This document shows positions 24,446 to 35,338 of a DNA stretch of 64,000 bases, one piece after another (positions within the stretch are counted from its first letter, which is position 1; every line of letters begins with the position of its first letter). Origin of the DNA: Candidatus Levyibacteriota bacterium (GTDB lineage Bacteria; Patescibacteriota; Microgenomatia; Levybacterales; UBA12049); the NCBI GenBank assembly GCA_052034235.1, contig JBPOIT010000005.1:49698-113697 (forward strand). Direction: 5' to 3'. A model generated the notes under the pieces. It searched no databases, was not told the DNA's origin, and was given only the letters and a program-made list of their open reading frames with translations. The translations under genes and the position numbers were made by a program.

Positions 24446-25942
24446 ATGCCCAAACATCATACAAAGAAGAAAAACCTCTTTAGGTCATTTATTGGCTATG
24501 GATTTCATTTATGGATTCTATTGTTTGTTTCAAACATGCTCATTTTCTATAGTTTTAGCATTTTTAGCTTTGGTGCGGAGAAAGATACGAAAGCCGAAAC
24601 AAATCTTGCACAGACAGTATCTGAAACAATTTCACAAGCTGACCTATCCCCTGTCGTCTCGAAACCTATCGTTGGTCGTGTAAAACGTGAACCTACGCCT
24701 AAACCTAATGGACCAGTTATAAGCCTCACTTTTACTGTGCCAGGTATTGGCAGCGCGGGAGGAATGTTCCGACCAACACGATTAAAACGTAATATTACTG
24801 TGTATCTCTATGCAACGGATGTCAATTCAAATGACAATAAAGTAAAACCACTTTATAGTATTCATACGACTGCTTCTTATAATACCAACGAACTTAGTCC
24901 AACATACACTTCATTCATAAACCCGTATATTGAGCTTGGTGACACTGTTAAAAACGGTAAATATCAAGTTGCTTTTGTTACTGATCAGGCTCTTAGAAAA
25001 ATCGTAAAAGATAAGGAAGATGCGATTGGTGGAAAAATTGTCACGATAAGCACACGTGAAAAGGCGATTCTTCCTTCTCAACTCGTCACTATGGGTGACA
25101 CCTCACCTCCAGCCGGAAATAACATCATGGATATCAATGATTATAATGTCGTTGTAGAGTGTTTTGGGAAAACTTCATGCAAGAATTTGAGAAATGCAGA
25201 TTTAAATGATGACGGAGTTGTCGATGGCATTGATTACAATATCATGGCGCGCAGTTTTAGTGCACTTACTTCACAGGGGTTTGCACCACCACAATTGCCA
25301 ACATCCAAACCAACTGAAATAAAGAAGTTTCCAGGTACAACAGCAACACCAAATGCTATAAAAAAGAATGTACCGTCACCTTCTGTTGTCCCGGTGGTAC
25401 AAAAAACCAGCGGGAATCCAGTGGGCGCACTTTTTGGATTTATTTTTTTCGTGCTTATATTTGGAAGTGTCGGATTCTTTGTAGCAACGAAGACAAAATT
25501 TGGTAAAGCATTTTTAGCAACACATCCTCTTCCATTTTTAAAACCAAAACTGGAAAAAGATACAAAAACGACTACTGAAACTCAACCTGATAATTCATCA
25601 GCTGAAATGACCCCTGCGGGAGATGCCACACCTGAGGCAATTGCAGCATCAACTGAGATACCTGTTGCCCAAATTGAAGATGCAAAGAAAGCTACCGAAC
25701 CAGTCCCAACACCTGCAGTGAGAGTTTCGGATGCCAATAGTGTTGATAAAACATATTATGTAAAAAATAAATCAAAAGACGATAAAGGAACGTGGTTTAC
25801 GTTAACTGATGATGCTGGGCCAATTGATGGCTTACTCAAATCTGGAGATATCGAGGATGGGTTTGAAAGAATCAAAGGCACATTGGTACAGGAAAGTGGA
25901 AAGAAATATATTCTAATAACCGAAGTTCTACCGTCAGAATAA
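24446..25942 (+). CDS. Membrane-anchored protein with dockerin-like repeats
   Basis: N-terminal TM segment. DLNDDGVVDGIDYNIMARSF matches the dockerin D-x-N-x-D-G-x-V-D-x-x-D-Y pattern. A second TM segment is GALFGFIFFVLIFGSVGFFVA. Confidence 0.45.
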   Translation: MPKHHTKKKNLFRSFIGYGFHLWILLFVSNMLIFYSFSIFSFGAEKDTKAETNLAQTVSETISQADLSPVVSKPIVGRVKREPTPKPNGPVISLTFTVPGIGSAGGMFRPTRLKRNITVYLYATDVNSNDNKVKPLYSIHTTASYNTNELSPTYTSFINPYIELGDTVKNGKYQVAFVTDQALRKIVKDKEDAIGGKIVTISTREKAILPSQLVTMGDTSPPAGNNIMDINDYNVVVECFGKTSCKNLRNADLNDDGVVDGIDYNIMARSFSALTSQGFAPPQLPTSKPTEIKKFPGTTATPNAIKKNVPSPSVVPVVQKTSGNPVGALFGFIFFVLIFGSVGFFVATKTKFGKAFLATHPLPFLKPKLEKDTKTTTETQPDNSSAEMTPAGDATPEAIAASTEIPVAQIEDAKKATEPVPTPAVRVSDANSVDKTYYVKNKSKDDKGTWFTLTDDAGPIDGLLKSGDIEDGFERIKGTLVQESGKKYILITEVLPSE

Positions 25943-27442
25943 TAATGAAATTCCCGGCAATGCAGTTCCTATTTGTCTGCCTAATTCTCGCCAATTTATA
26001 CGTTTCACCCGATTTCTATCTTCAATACTAACGGTCTCACCAACACCCCTGCGCACTGGAGGTTTTGCTTTTATAACGTCAACTGCTTCTGAAATTAAAT
26101 TTGCAGCGGAGACAAATCTCATTGATAAATCGCGACGCCATTCAGGCTCAGATCCATCAACACCTGCTGCACCATTAGTCTCGGTTTGAGAATAATCTCT
26201 CACGATATTACTGGTAGTTGATTGTGTCGGCCCCTGCATAACAGACAAAATTTCTGAACCAGACACAAATTCAGCTTCTTTTGTCCTAGTAAAAATAATT
26301 TGTCCTGCATCTAACACTTGTCGTAAACGAGCTGAAGCAGCTTCTGTATCGACACTATATGGAAAATCGTTAACCTCTTCAGGAGACTGATTGTCTGTAT
26401 CTTCAGATTGAGGTTTTTTCAAAATAGTAGTTGGACTATCTGGTTGTGGCAAAGTTGCAATGCCGTGCGACACTTCTGTTTGTACGGCTGCCGAAACTTT
26501 TTGTATTTGCTGTGAAAGTTGCTGAGGAGATTGTTCTGTTTGTGTGAGCAAAGCAGTTTGCGTATCAATCAGCGTTTGTACTTTTGTTTTTGTCTGTTTG
26601 ACAAACGGTTCATCCTTTTGCACCAAAACGTTCGTTATTTTAGATAATTGAGTTGCCAATTTGGCTTTAACTGCTTTACTTATTATTTCTGCATTAAATT
26701 TTGTTTGTTTAGTGTCAGTTTTTTTTTCATCCTGATCTTGTGTTGCTTTGGCTGCTTCCCTACGAGCAAGTAAAGTCCGGTAAAGTAACGCAGTTGAATG
26801 TTTTTTAGAAATATTTTCGGCTTTTTTCGAATTCAGCTCGTCAAATCCCGGAATTGGCTCAACAAGTACTCCATCTTTTGTATTTTCTCTCTTTTTTGCT
26901 AGTACTTCCGCTTCAGCTTTATTTATTTTCAACTGATGCGCAGCTGACACTTCACGCAATTCTTTCAGGATTTCTTGTTGTTGCACAATTGAATCAGAAG
27001 GCCTTGATTTAGATAATGTATCATCAGGTAATTGAAATTCTCTCGTAGTTTTTAACAAATTTTCACCTGTTAGTTTTTTGGGTTCTGGAATTGTTAGATT
27101 AAGAGGTGTAGGTACGAATTCGACAAATGTCGGCTGCGTGGATTTCGGAATTGTTTTTGGCGCTTCAGTGCGATTTGCGCGCATAGGTAATCCGGTTGCA
27201 TGATCCCCCAAACCTACCCGACGAGGAACATCACCTGAGGAACGAATTGTCATTTTTTCATTTCCAATATCAACTTTTCGTCCAGCAGCAGACATCTCAG
27301 GTTTACGGAAGGTGGGCGCTGAATATTCAGATAAACTTCGACTCGAGAATGTCGGTTTACTCATGCCCGCGGATCCTCGTTCGATTCCGCTGCTTCTTGT
27401 TTCTGTTGAAACTCCTCTTGATATTGTTGCTGTTCCTGCCAT
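25934..27442 (-). CDS. Hypothetical Q/K-rich coiled-coil protein
   Basis: Long ORF with no recognisable domain. Confidence 0.4.
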   Translation of the reverse strand: MAGTATISRGVSTETRSSGIERGSAGMSKPTFSSRSLSEYSAPTFRKPEMSAAGRKVDIGNEKMTIRSSGDVPRRVGLGDHATGLPMRANRTEAPKTIPKSTQPTFVEFVPTPLNLTIPEPKKLTGENLLKTTREFQLPDDTLSKSRPSDSIVQQQEILKELREVSAAHQLKINKAEAEVLAKKRENTKDGVLVEPIPGFDELNSKKAENISKKHSTALLYRTLLARREAAKATQDQDEKKTDTKQTKFNAEIISKAVKAKLATQLSKITNVLVQKDEPFVKQTKTKVQTLIDTQTALLTQTEQSPQQLSQQIQKVSAAVQTEVSHGIATLPQPDSPTTILKKPQSEDTDNQSPEEVNDFPYSVDTEAASARLRQVLDAGQIIFTRTKEAEFVSGSEILSVMQGPTQSTTSNIVRDYSQTETNGAAGVDGSEPEWRRDLSMRFVSAANLISEAVDVIKAKPPVRRGVGETVSIEDRNRVKRINWRELGRQIGTALPGISLLF

Positions 27443-27881
27443 AATTTCCCCCTTTCGAGTTATATACTTTCTATGTGCGCAGTATACTCCCGAGGCTATT
27501 TGTGAACTTGATACAAACTTTACAAAATTGCAACAATTTGAGGCTAATACGTGCTGAAAGCTGGAAGTTGGGGTTTTATAAGATAAATATCAAGAACAAC
27601 TCTAGAGAATATCTATAATGTGATTAGAAAGGAAAATACAGAAATGGCATTTAATACTTTTATCAAAAATAAACAGCGCAGAGTACTTTCAAAAACGTGG
27701 AGAGAAAAACTTGTATCACGGGAAATTGAAAAAAATAATTTCCGCATGACCGGGAACATTAAAAAGGCTAAAGCATTTGCAAATTCGGTTGCACTGTATC
27801 ATGAACAAGTAAAAATGCCTGTAAACCAATTTTCTGAACCAACTATTCTTTTTTCAAGGCAAAATTTTTGACGTTTAGTAT

Positions 27882-28502
27882 TCATACTTTTGGGAGAAAT
27901 TTTGTGAGATTAAATGAGGTTCGGTGCAATTCACATAAGCCATGAATCCCAATTGCTTCTCGATGTTTTTTGGTACCATAACCTTTATTAGTTAAAAAAT
28001 CATATACTTCGTGTTTTTGATGTAGTCGCTCCATCAGTTCATCTCTGTATACTTTGGCGATTATGGACGCTGCTGCTATTGAAATACTTATCCTGTCACC
28101 GTGAATAATTGGCGTTTGTATCTTTTTTTCAAATGTATCAATAAAAAATGCATCCATTAAGATATGGTCTGGAGTTTGTTTTAAACCAGATATCGCTTTG
28201 GTAAAAGCTTTTTGTGTTGCTTTGCCAATGCCTAATTCATTAATTATCGGTACAGAAATTTCAGCAATGGAAAAGGAAAGTGCCTGTTTCTTAATTATTT
28301 CAGCAAGTTTAGAACGTTTTGCGGGACTGAGAAGTTTGGAGTCATTTATACCGTCAGTGTTTTTAAAAGTTGCGGGTAATATAACAGCAGCTGCAACAAC
28401 GGGACCTGCAAAACAACCTCTACCTACTTCGTCTACACCAGCAATATAATGCATTCCCCGATTCCAAAAGTGTGATTCATGTTCAAAAGTGGGCAGCAAC
28501 AT
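27882..28502 (-). CDS. rnhB: Ribonuclease HII
   Basis: Sequence MHYIAGVDEVGRGCFAGPVVAAAVIL is the RNase HII N-terminal motif (DEVGRG). Confidence 0.8.
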   Translation of the reverse strand: MLLPTFEHESHFWNRGMHYIAGVDEVGRGCFAGPVVAAAVILPATFKNTDGINDSKLLSPAKRSKLAEIIKKQALSFSIAEISVPIINELGIGKATQKAFTKAISGLKQTPDHILMDAFFIDTFEKKIQTPIIHGDRISISIAAASIIAKVYRDELMERLHQKHEVYDFLTNKGYGTKKHREAIGIHGLCELHRTSFNLTKFLPKV

Positions 28503-28507
28503 ATATT

Positions 28508-29671
28508 CTAATCATCTAACAAATTACCCTGGCCTCCTGAAGCTCCCTCCGGTAATTCTTCAAGACCTCTGATTGTAGGTAAATTATTGCCGATAATACC
28601 CTTAAAATCACCATGCATACCGTATGTGTTATCGATAACACGTCTGATATTTTTTTCATCCCTTGCCCATTTGCTTGAAAAATATCTTTTTTCTTTTTCA
28701 ATTTCCACCTGCATACTTGTAAAAGCTTCAATAATAGCCTCGATTCTATGTTTAAATTCAACTCCTGAAATATATGAATATAAAATCTCAACTTTTTCAT
28801 CTTTCCCCTTTGCCGCGTTTTTAACATAATAAAGCTGAATAAGACTTGCTCGGAGTGCCGAAGCAAGACCGATGACAAAATGTTTTTCAGTCACCCATAT
28901 TCCGTCTCTCCATCCGGCAGATGTAAGCTCTTTGGGTAAAATTTCTGTTATCAGTACAGCCTCTTCTGCATTAATTGTGCGTTTATCATTTTTAAGTTTA
29001 TCGACCCACCCTTCACTCCATGTTTTGGTATTTTTAAGTTCCCACAAAATCTTTCCGTTATAATTTCCTTTGGCATCCCACACTTCCTGAATAACATCTC
29101 CTCCCTTTATTCCCTTACCCACAGGCTTGATTTTGTCATGTGGGAATTCTCGCTGCAGCATTTCTTCAAATTCGAGTTCAAATACTTCTCCTTGTGTTTG
29201 TTGTGACCCTTGCTGAAGTTTACGCCGAGCATCTTCAAGTTCTTTGAGTGTGTCTTGGAGCTGTTTATCTTTAGCCAAAATCTTCAGATGCTGTTCTTCT
29301 TCCGCCTTTTTTTGCGCCTCTATTCTGATTTTATCTTCACTTTCATGAAGTTTCTTCTGCATCTCAAGCGCTGCTTCATCACGTTCTTTTTTAGATTGAC
29401 GGAGATCTTGTGTGAGTTCCGTTATTTGCTCGATGAGTTTTTTTATCCTTGAATCTTTTTCTTCAGCATCTTCACGAGCTTGTTTCATTTGGAGTTCAAA
29501 TTCTTCCTTTGCTTTTTTAACGGAAGCATCAAGCGTTGCTTTTTTCACTGCTTCAATTTCTTTGAGGTGTTGTTCATTGATTTCGGCAAGTTGCTGTTCA
29601 TTAAATTCATGCCTTAGCGCTTCTGAAATCTCAACAGCCTTTTTACAATGGGGACAAACAACAGTATTCAT
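28508..29671 (-). CDS. Zinc-ribbon and coiled-coil protein with a DUF2130-like C-terminal domain
   Basis: N-terminal CPHCK zinc ribbon, a long E/K coiled coil, and a conserved C-terminal globular region. Confidence 0.4.
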   Translation of the reverse strand: MNTVVCPHCKKAVEISEALRHEFNEQQLAEINEQHLKEIEAVKKATLDASVKKAKEEFELQMKQAREDAEEKDSRIKKLIEQITELTQDLRQSKKERDEAALEMQKKLHESEDKIRIEAQKKAEEEQHLKILAKDKQLQDTLKELEDARRKLQQGSQQTQGEVFELEFEEMLQREFPHDKIKPVGKGIKGGDVIQEVWDAKGNYNGKILWELKNTKTWSEGWVDKLKNDKRTINAEEAVLITEILPKELTSAGWRDGIWVTEKHFVIGLASALRASLIQLYYVKNAAKGKDEKVEILYSYISGVEFKHRIEAIIEAFTSMQVEIEKEKRYFSSKWARDEKNIRRVIDNTYGMHGDFKGIIGNNLPTIRGLEELPEGASGGQGNLLDD

Positions 29672-29752
29672 AACAGGTTACATAATACTATTGTGAAGTG
29701 TTTCATGCAAGTTATCATTGACTTAGAAAGTCTTACATATTATAAATGATAT

Positions 29753-30262
29753 ATGTCCGAAGGTAGCCCAGAAATAGAAAGACCTTTAAGCCCGAATGAA
29801 ACCATATCAAGTGGTCTAAGTGAAATATCACTTATGTATTCAAATGTTGAACCTGGATCAGTTGCACATAGAGCACTCCTTCATCTTATTTCGTATGAAA
29901 CTCTAAAGCATGAGACTGTTGAATCTGAGGGTAGATTAAAAAACGCTCAACAAGACACACGTGATGCAACTAGATTAGATCATCCTGATTTAGCGTTTTA
30001 TCAGCATATTGAACAGGATGAACAGGAATATCTTAATAAGAAAACTACTGGTACTGAAGAACTTATTAAAATTATTTCTGCTAACTGTGAAAATGAAGCA
30101 TATAGTGCTCTTTCAAAACGTAGTGCTGCGGTTATTGAAGAGCTTGAGAATGCACATAAACAACTTGAAACACCTAAACCATTTGCTGCTATAGCTGTAG
30201 CCTTAAGAGAAATCAATGAAAAAGTTGTTTTAAAACAAGAAGAAACACAAACTGCGGATTAG
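29753..30262 (+). CDS. Hypothetical protein
   Basis: ORF only. Confidence 0.35.
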   Translation: MSEGSPEIERPLSPNETISSGLSEISLMYSNVEPGSVAHRALLHLISYETLKHETVESEGRLKNAQQDTRDATRLDHPDLAFYQHIEQDEQEYLNKKTTGTEELIKIISANCENEAYSALSKRSAAVIEELENAHKQLETPKPFAAIAVALREINEKVVLKQEETQTAD

Positions 30263-30308
30263 TTGTTTGACACATGTTACTCCTTTTTGTTAGCATAAAC
30301 TCGACCTC

Positions 30309-30710
30309 ATGAAATATCTGCTCCGTCGCATTTTCATTTGTACGTTCGCGCTCTTTTTATTGCCCGCGCTTATTCCTGGTTTTAATGTCTCTGGGGGTAT
30401 TTGGATGATGCTTTGGGGAGGCATTACACTTGCATTAATGTTTTTTATTCTCAAACCTGTTCTTAATCTCCTCACTTTTCCCGCTCACCTTATGACACTT
30501 GGTTTGTTCTCAATCTTTAACAGTGCACTGATTTTATATTTACTCACCGTATTTGTCAGTCAAATCACTATTGAAGCTTTTATCTACCCTCGAATGGATC
30601 TTGCAGGTGTAATTATTCCGTCACTGACTTTTAACACATTTTTGGCTTACATTTACTCTGCTTTTGTGTTATCATTCATTGATTCTATACTCTCATGGCT
30701 GATGGACTAA
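30309..30710 (+). CDS. Small 4-TM membrane protein (DUF360 / phage-holin-4-like)
   Basis: Four hydrophobic helices in 133 aa. Confidence 0.4.
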   Translation: MKYLLRRIFICTFALFLLPALIPGFNVSGGIWMMLWGGITLALMFFILKPVLNLLTFPAHLMTLGLFSIFNSALILYLLTVFVSQITIEAFIYPRMDLAGVIIPSLTFNTFLAYIYSAFVLSFIDSILSWLMD

Positions 30711-31678
30711 AAAGTACATTAAAAGGTAAACGAATAGTATGCTTGGGCGGCGGAATAGGAACCGTGAACCTCATTAAAGGTTTAAAAGCATACTCTGACA
30801 AAGTATCAGCAATTGTTTCAATGGCTGATGACGGTGGTTCAGGAGGAAGACTCCGCAGACTTTATAATATTTTACCCCCCGGTGATGTTGCGTCTTGTAT
30901 GGCAGCACTCATGGATAATCCAAACCCTCACATGTCCAAACTATTAACCTACAGATTTCCTGGCGATCGTTATGCTAAAGATCACGAATTACCTGGTCAT
31001 AAATTAGGAAACCTCATGCTTGCCGCTGCAACAGATATGACAGGCAGTTTTACGGGGGCTATAGCGCTTCTTAAAAAATTATTTAAAATTAAAGAAGCAA
31101 TTATACCTGCAACATCAGAGCCTGTGGGTATTACTGCACGAACAAAAGATGGCTATCAGATTCAAGGTGAAGAAAATATCGATTTAGGTAAATTCCATGG
31201 GGACAAACCTCTTGATGAAGTTAAATTGGTACCCGCAAACATCAAAGCATCACCTGATGCAATGAAAGCACTTAAAGCTGCCGATGTTATCATCGCAGGA
31301 CCTGGTGATTTATACACCACAATTTTGCCAACGCTTATCATTCCTGAAATTAAGAATTTCCTTCTAAAGCAAAAGAAAAAGCAGATTTTTATCGTTAATG
31401 TTGCCAATAAACCGTTTGAATCAAAGGGTTATGCTATAAAAGACTTCGTTAATGCTATCGAAAAACACATGGGAGGTTTTCCTTTTCAAATAGTTATTGC
31501 AAATGATCAGACTTCATTACCGCTTCCTCAAAATTTAGAATTTGACTATACTTATGTCGGTTCAGAATTTCACGACGACGCTACTTACGAATTAGTAAAT
31601 TCAGACATAGTTGATGAGAGTTTTCCACTCTATCACGACTCTTCGAAACTTGCAAAGGTAGTGGCTGAACATATATAA
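30695..31678 (+). CDS. yvcK: Gluconeogenesis factor YvcK (UPF0052, CofD-like)
   Basis: Sequence IVCLGGGIGTVNLIKGLK…IVSMADDGGSGGRLRR matches the YvcK signature. Confidence 0.7.
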   Translation: MADGLKSTLKGKRIVCLGGGIGTVNLIKGLKAYSDKVSAIVSMADDGGSGGRLRRLYNILPPGDVASCMAALMDNPNPHMSKLLTYRFPGDRYAKDHELPGHKLGNLMLAAATDMTGSFTGAIALLKKLFKIKEAIIPATSEPVGITARTKDGYQIQGEENIDLGKFHGDKPLDEVKLVPANIKASPDAMKALKAADVIIAGPGDLYTTILPTLIIPEIKNFLLKQKKKQIFIVNVANKPFESKGYAIKDFVNAIEKHMGGFPFQIVIANDQTSLPLPQNLEFDYTYVGSEFHDDATYELVNSDIVDESFPLYHDSSKLAKVVAEHI

Positions 31679-31685
31679 TACCCTT

Positions 31686-31907
31686 ATGATAGAAAACGTT
31701 ATTTCTGTGTTGCAAATTATTATTTCAATCGCTCTTATTGGAGCAGTCCTGCTTCAAGCACCTGAGGGAGGGTTATCACCTGCGTTTAGTGGTGGTGGTG
31801 AAATGTACCGCAGTAAAAGAAACATTGAAAAATTTCTAATCGTCGCAACAATTGTTCTGGCAGCTCTTCTTGTTCTACTGTCAATGGTACAAGTATTCCT
31901 CTTCTAA
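31686..31907 (+). CDS. secG: Preprotein translocase subunit SecG
   Basis: 73 aa with two TM helices and LLQAPEGGLSPAFSGGGE, the SecG Gly-rich loop. Confidence 0.6.
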   Translation: MIENVISVLQIIISIALIGAVLLQAPEGGLSPAFSGGGEMYRSKRNIEKFLIVATIVLAALLVLLSMVQVFLF

Positions 31908-31923
31908 ATATAAATTCTAGTTT

Positions 31924-33291
31924 ATGGCAGTAATACGTAGACGACTCATTATCTGGCTCATCAAAGCCTACATCAAAAAATCTGGCAGAACTATTCTTTT
32001 CTCTTTTCTTGCAGGACTGATTGTCTTTTTTGGATTTTTCTTCCTCAGTACAAACTACACCAATCTTTTTCCTGTTTATAAAAAGATAACCATAGGTGTC
32101 GTTGGGGCATATACTGTTGACAATATGCCACCAGTTGTCATAGAAAGATTATCCCGAGGCCTTACCAAAGTTGAATCTGACGGTAGCATTACTCCAGACA
32201 TCGCTAAATCGTGGGAGATCCTTGATAATGGTAAATCATATGTTTTTAAACTCCATGAAAATTATCGTTTTTCAAATGGTGTCCCTGTTACCTCTGAGAC
32301 GATTCGGGTTAATTATTCAGATGTCACTGTTGAGAAACCAGATAAATTTACAATCGTTTATAAACTCAAAGATGCTTATGCACCGTTTCTTGTTTCTGCT
32401 TCAAAACCAGTCTTTGATAAAGGACTGAATGGTGTGGGTAAATATCGCATTGAAGACGTAAAACTCAATGGTAATTTCGTCCAAATGCTCAAACTCGTTT
32501 CTATAGATAATCGTTTCGATACTGTTCAGTATATGTTTTATCCAAGTGAAGAAGCTTTGAAAATGGCTTTTTTAATGGGTGAAATTAATCAGACACAAGA
32601 ACTAAAAGATATTACATTTAGGGGTACGTCTCTTGAGACATATCCAAACACCGAAGTAGAAAGATATACAGCTTATTCTGACCTGGTAACGCTTTTTTAT
32701 AATACGACAGATCGTACACTTTCCGATAAAAAAGTACGACTTGCATTAAGTTATACCATCCCTGAAAAATTTTCAGGGGGTGAACATACTCATATGCCAT
32801 ATTCACCGGGATCACTTTATTACAACAATGACCTTGAAGAAAAAACGCAAGATTTCGAACACGCAAGACTTCTCCTGACGTCCTCAGACTCAGCAAGTGA
32901 TAGTGGACAAATTGAACCATTAACCATTAAAACCTTAAAAAAATATAAAAATACCGCAGGAGAAATTGCAATTGCATGGAAACAAATTGGTATTGAAACC
33001 AAGATCGAAGAAGTAAACTCCGTGCCTGATAACTTTCAAATATTTCTAGGGGATTTTAAAGTTCCGCATGATCCTGATCAGTATGTACTTTGGCATTCTA
33101 GTCAAATTCAAATAAACAATATTAGTAGATATAAAAATGTAAGAATTGACAAATTGCTCGAAGATGGAAGAAAAAATACAGATTTAGAAGATCGTAAAAA
33201 AATCTATGCAGATTTCCAAAAGTATTTGCTCGATGATGTTCCAGCTTCGTTCCTTTTCTTTCCTTACGAATACAAAGTCGTCAGAAAATAA
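31924..33291 (+). CDS. ABC transporter substrate-binding protein, family 5 (peptide/nickel-like)
   Basis: N-terminal TM anchor. DGSITPDIAKSWEILDNGKSYVFKLHENYRFSNGVPVTSETI matches the SBP_bac_5 core. Confidence 0.5.
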   Translation: MAVIRRRLIIWLIKAYIKKSGRTILFSFLAGLIVFFGFFFLSTNYTNLFPVYKKITIGVVGAYTVDNMPPVVIERLSRGLTKVESDGSITPDIAKSWEILDNGKSYVFKLHENYRFSNGVPVTSETIRVNYSDVTVEKPDKFTIVYKLKDAYAPFLVSASKPVFDKGLNGVGKYRIEDVKLNGNFVQMLKLVSIDNRFDTVQYMFYPSEEALKMAFLMGEINQTQELKDITFRGTSLETYPNTEVERYTAYSDLVTLFYNTTDRTLSDKKVRLALSYTIPEKFSGGEHTHMPYSPGSLYYNNDLEEKTQDFEHARLLLTSSDSASDSGQIEPLTIKTLKKYKNTAGEIAIAWKQIGIETKIEEVNSVPDNFQIFLGDFKVPHDPDQYVLWHSSQIQINNISRYKNVRIDKLLEDGRKNTDLEDRKKIYADFQKYLLDDVPASFLFFPYEYKVVRK

Positions 33292-34089
33292 TTATTTCGT
33301 AAGATATTCAAGGGTTCCTTTGCTGAAACCAGAAACAAATTCTAAAGGATAATTTCTACTTACACCCTGCATTTTCTCTTTATTACCTACAAAAATAAAG
33401 GTTATTTGTTGCCCTCTTTTTGCAAGCTCATCAGCCATTTCAATATCTGAGTTACTATCTCCAAAGGCAAAGAACGCATCTGCTTTAAGATTTTTCTTAT
33501 CTAAAAATTGAAGAAATCGATCAGCACCCAATGCCTTACCCACATGGCTATTTTCAATATCTGTCGCAATGATGGTCGGATCAATTTTTAAGGTCGTCTC
33601 GAGTTCATGTTTTGATAATAATGCTTCTAGTACGCCAATGAGACGTTGTTGCTCTGAATGGTAGGCAGTAAGATCAAAATTATCCTGCATTTCAACAGAT
33701 ATCATTGTTTCTTTTGATTCATCAAAAAACATACTCTTTGCAAACGTTTCACTAACGAGTGAGCGGATTTCATATTTTAAAAAAGCAGGAACAGTAATAC
33801 TTTCGTCTCGTTCACGTTTCCTTTCGCCGTTTTCATCAAAAGTCATCCATGTACCTCCTTTTTCACCCACCAGCATAAAATGAGAAAGGGACGTTTTGTC
33901 TGCGATTTTTTCAAAAAGAGGATCAATAACGCGAGTTTCTACCCAGGCAAGCGATCTTCCTGTATTAAGACAAACAGGGCTGCCATTCTCAAGGAGGAAT
34001 AGTAATTCATCAAACAACTGAGCCTCAGTCACCTGTTTTGTTTCAGGATCAGATAATACTCCATCGACATCAAAAAGATAAGCTTTCAT
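33292..34089 (-). CDS. HAD-superfamily hydrolase
   Basis: Motif I is LFDVDGVL. The GDSNSD motif is also present. Confidence 0.6.
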   Translation of the reverse strand: MKAYLFDVDGVLSDPETKQVTEAQLFDELLFLLENGSPVCLNTGRSLAWVETRVIDPLFEKIADKTSLSHFMLVGEKGGTWMTFDENGERKRERDESITVPAFLKYEIRSLVSETFAKSMFFDESKETMISVEMQDNFDLTAYHSEQQRLIGVLEALLSKHELETTLKIDPTIIATDIENSHVGKALGADRFLQFLDKKNLKADAFFAFGDSNSDIEMADELAKRGQQITFIFVGNKEKMQGVSRNYPLEFVSGFSKGTLEYLTK

Positions 34090-34104
34090 ACTTCAAATAG
34101 TGTA

Positions 34105-35289
34105 CTACAATTTTCCAGCCAATACAGTATCTCTTGCTTGAAGCAAAGTCATAATTGCCATATTAATTTCGGGTATACCTTCGGGTGTAGGAACGGATGA
34201 CCTTTTCGTATTTGGACGCATTGCACGTCCAACTTTTATTTTATTCTTATCCATTAATATAAGTTGACTCACGCTGTCATCTATATAAACGATTTGTGTT
34301 CCTTCATGAAATTCATTCAAAAATATATCAAAAATCGGTTGTTTTCTTCCTGAAGTAACAATCAGTAATTCATCAAGGCGTCTTTCTCCATTTTCTTCAC
34401 GTTGCGACATAATTTCTGTTGTTTTTTCCGATTGACCATCGAGTTGTCCAAATGTCGCCCATATCTCTCTGTCATCTTCAGGCAAATCAGCGTGATGTTT
34501 TTCAGATTCAGGAATAGAGGGACTTGCTATCGTTTCCTGGTAAATTTGCCAAACACTTTCATAAACACCTTCAGGACAAACTCCACCATAGCCTACCATG
34601 ACTTTACTTTCATCCTCTTCTTTAAAATAATTCTTCGTTGAGCCTCCTTCTTTCAACTTTTTTGTAACATCCACTGCAAGATGTGGAAGAAAGATATCGA
34701 ATTCAGTTGGTTGGTAACCGTTCATTGGAACGATGTTATCAACAGCTCCTATTTCATCAGCAATGAGTGCCCTTGCTGCAATCTCATCATGAGGCACGAG
34801 TGCATCAAATCCGGAATTAAGGTAATAGATAACCTTACTGACACCGCGCATTTCTAAAAGCGGTGCATGCCTTTCAGGATGAATGTCTTCATTTTGTGCT
34901 TCATTAACCACAGGTAATAACCTAGCTGCCTTATTTATAAAATTGGCAGCATTTTTAAAAAATTCACGTTTATCTTCAGGTACCAATTCTGAAGCCTTTT
35001 CAAAAAAATCACGTTTTGCTTGGGAAGTGTCGATCAAACAATCGTCAACATCCAAAAGACCAACCACTCCTTTTATTTGCCCTCCCTCAGGACGCTGCCT
35101 AATCATTATGTGCCAAGCTGAAGCGACTATTTTGCCATCCGGTCCTGTAGCCAGAATTTCCCTGACATTTTTTGAAGTTAGCTGCTCAGGTCCTTGAAAA
35201 CCGTATATATTGTTTATTTTGTTTAAATATCCTCCTATAACTACCAGCGGTGGTTGTTCCCGTGATATTGGATTTTCTGCTCTATTCAT
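34105..35289 (-). CDS. Hypothetical protein, possibly HAD-like
   Basis: LLDVDDCLIDT resembles the DxDx(T/V) motif. Weak. Confidence 0.3.
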   Translation of the reverse strand: MNRAENPISREQPPLVVIGGYLNKINNIYGFQGPEQLTSKNVREILATGPDGKIVASAWHIMIRQRPEGGQIKGVVGLLDVDDCLIDTSQAKRDFFEKASELVPEDKREFFKNAANFINKAARLLPVVNEAQNEDIHPERHAPLLEMRGVSKVIYYLNSGFDALVPHDEIAARALIADEIGAVDNIVPMNGYQPTEFDIFLPHLAVDVTKKLKEGGSTKNYFKEEDESKVMVGYGGVCPEGVYESVWQIYQETIASPSIPESEKHHADLPEDDREIWATFGQLDGQSEKTTEIMSQREENGERRLDELLIVTSGRKQPIFDIFLNEFHEGTQIVYIDDSVSQLILMDKNKIKVGRAMRPNTKRSSVPTPEGIPEINMAIMTLLQARDTVLAGKL

Positions 35290-35338
35290 AGATGTTTAGT
35301 CTATCATTTTTAGGGCTGAAAAACAATACTATAAGTCT

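Noticed and set aside
28516-29452. ORFs overlapping the 28508..29671 coiled-coil gene on both strands
   Set aside because: They have low-complexity K/E/L-rich translations mirroring the coiled-coil codon bias, and the main ORF has the conserved zinc-ribbon and C-terminal domain.
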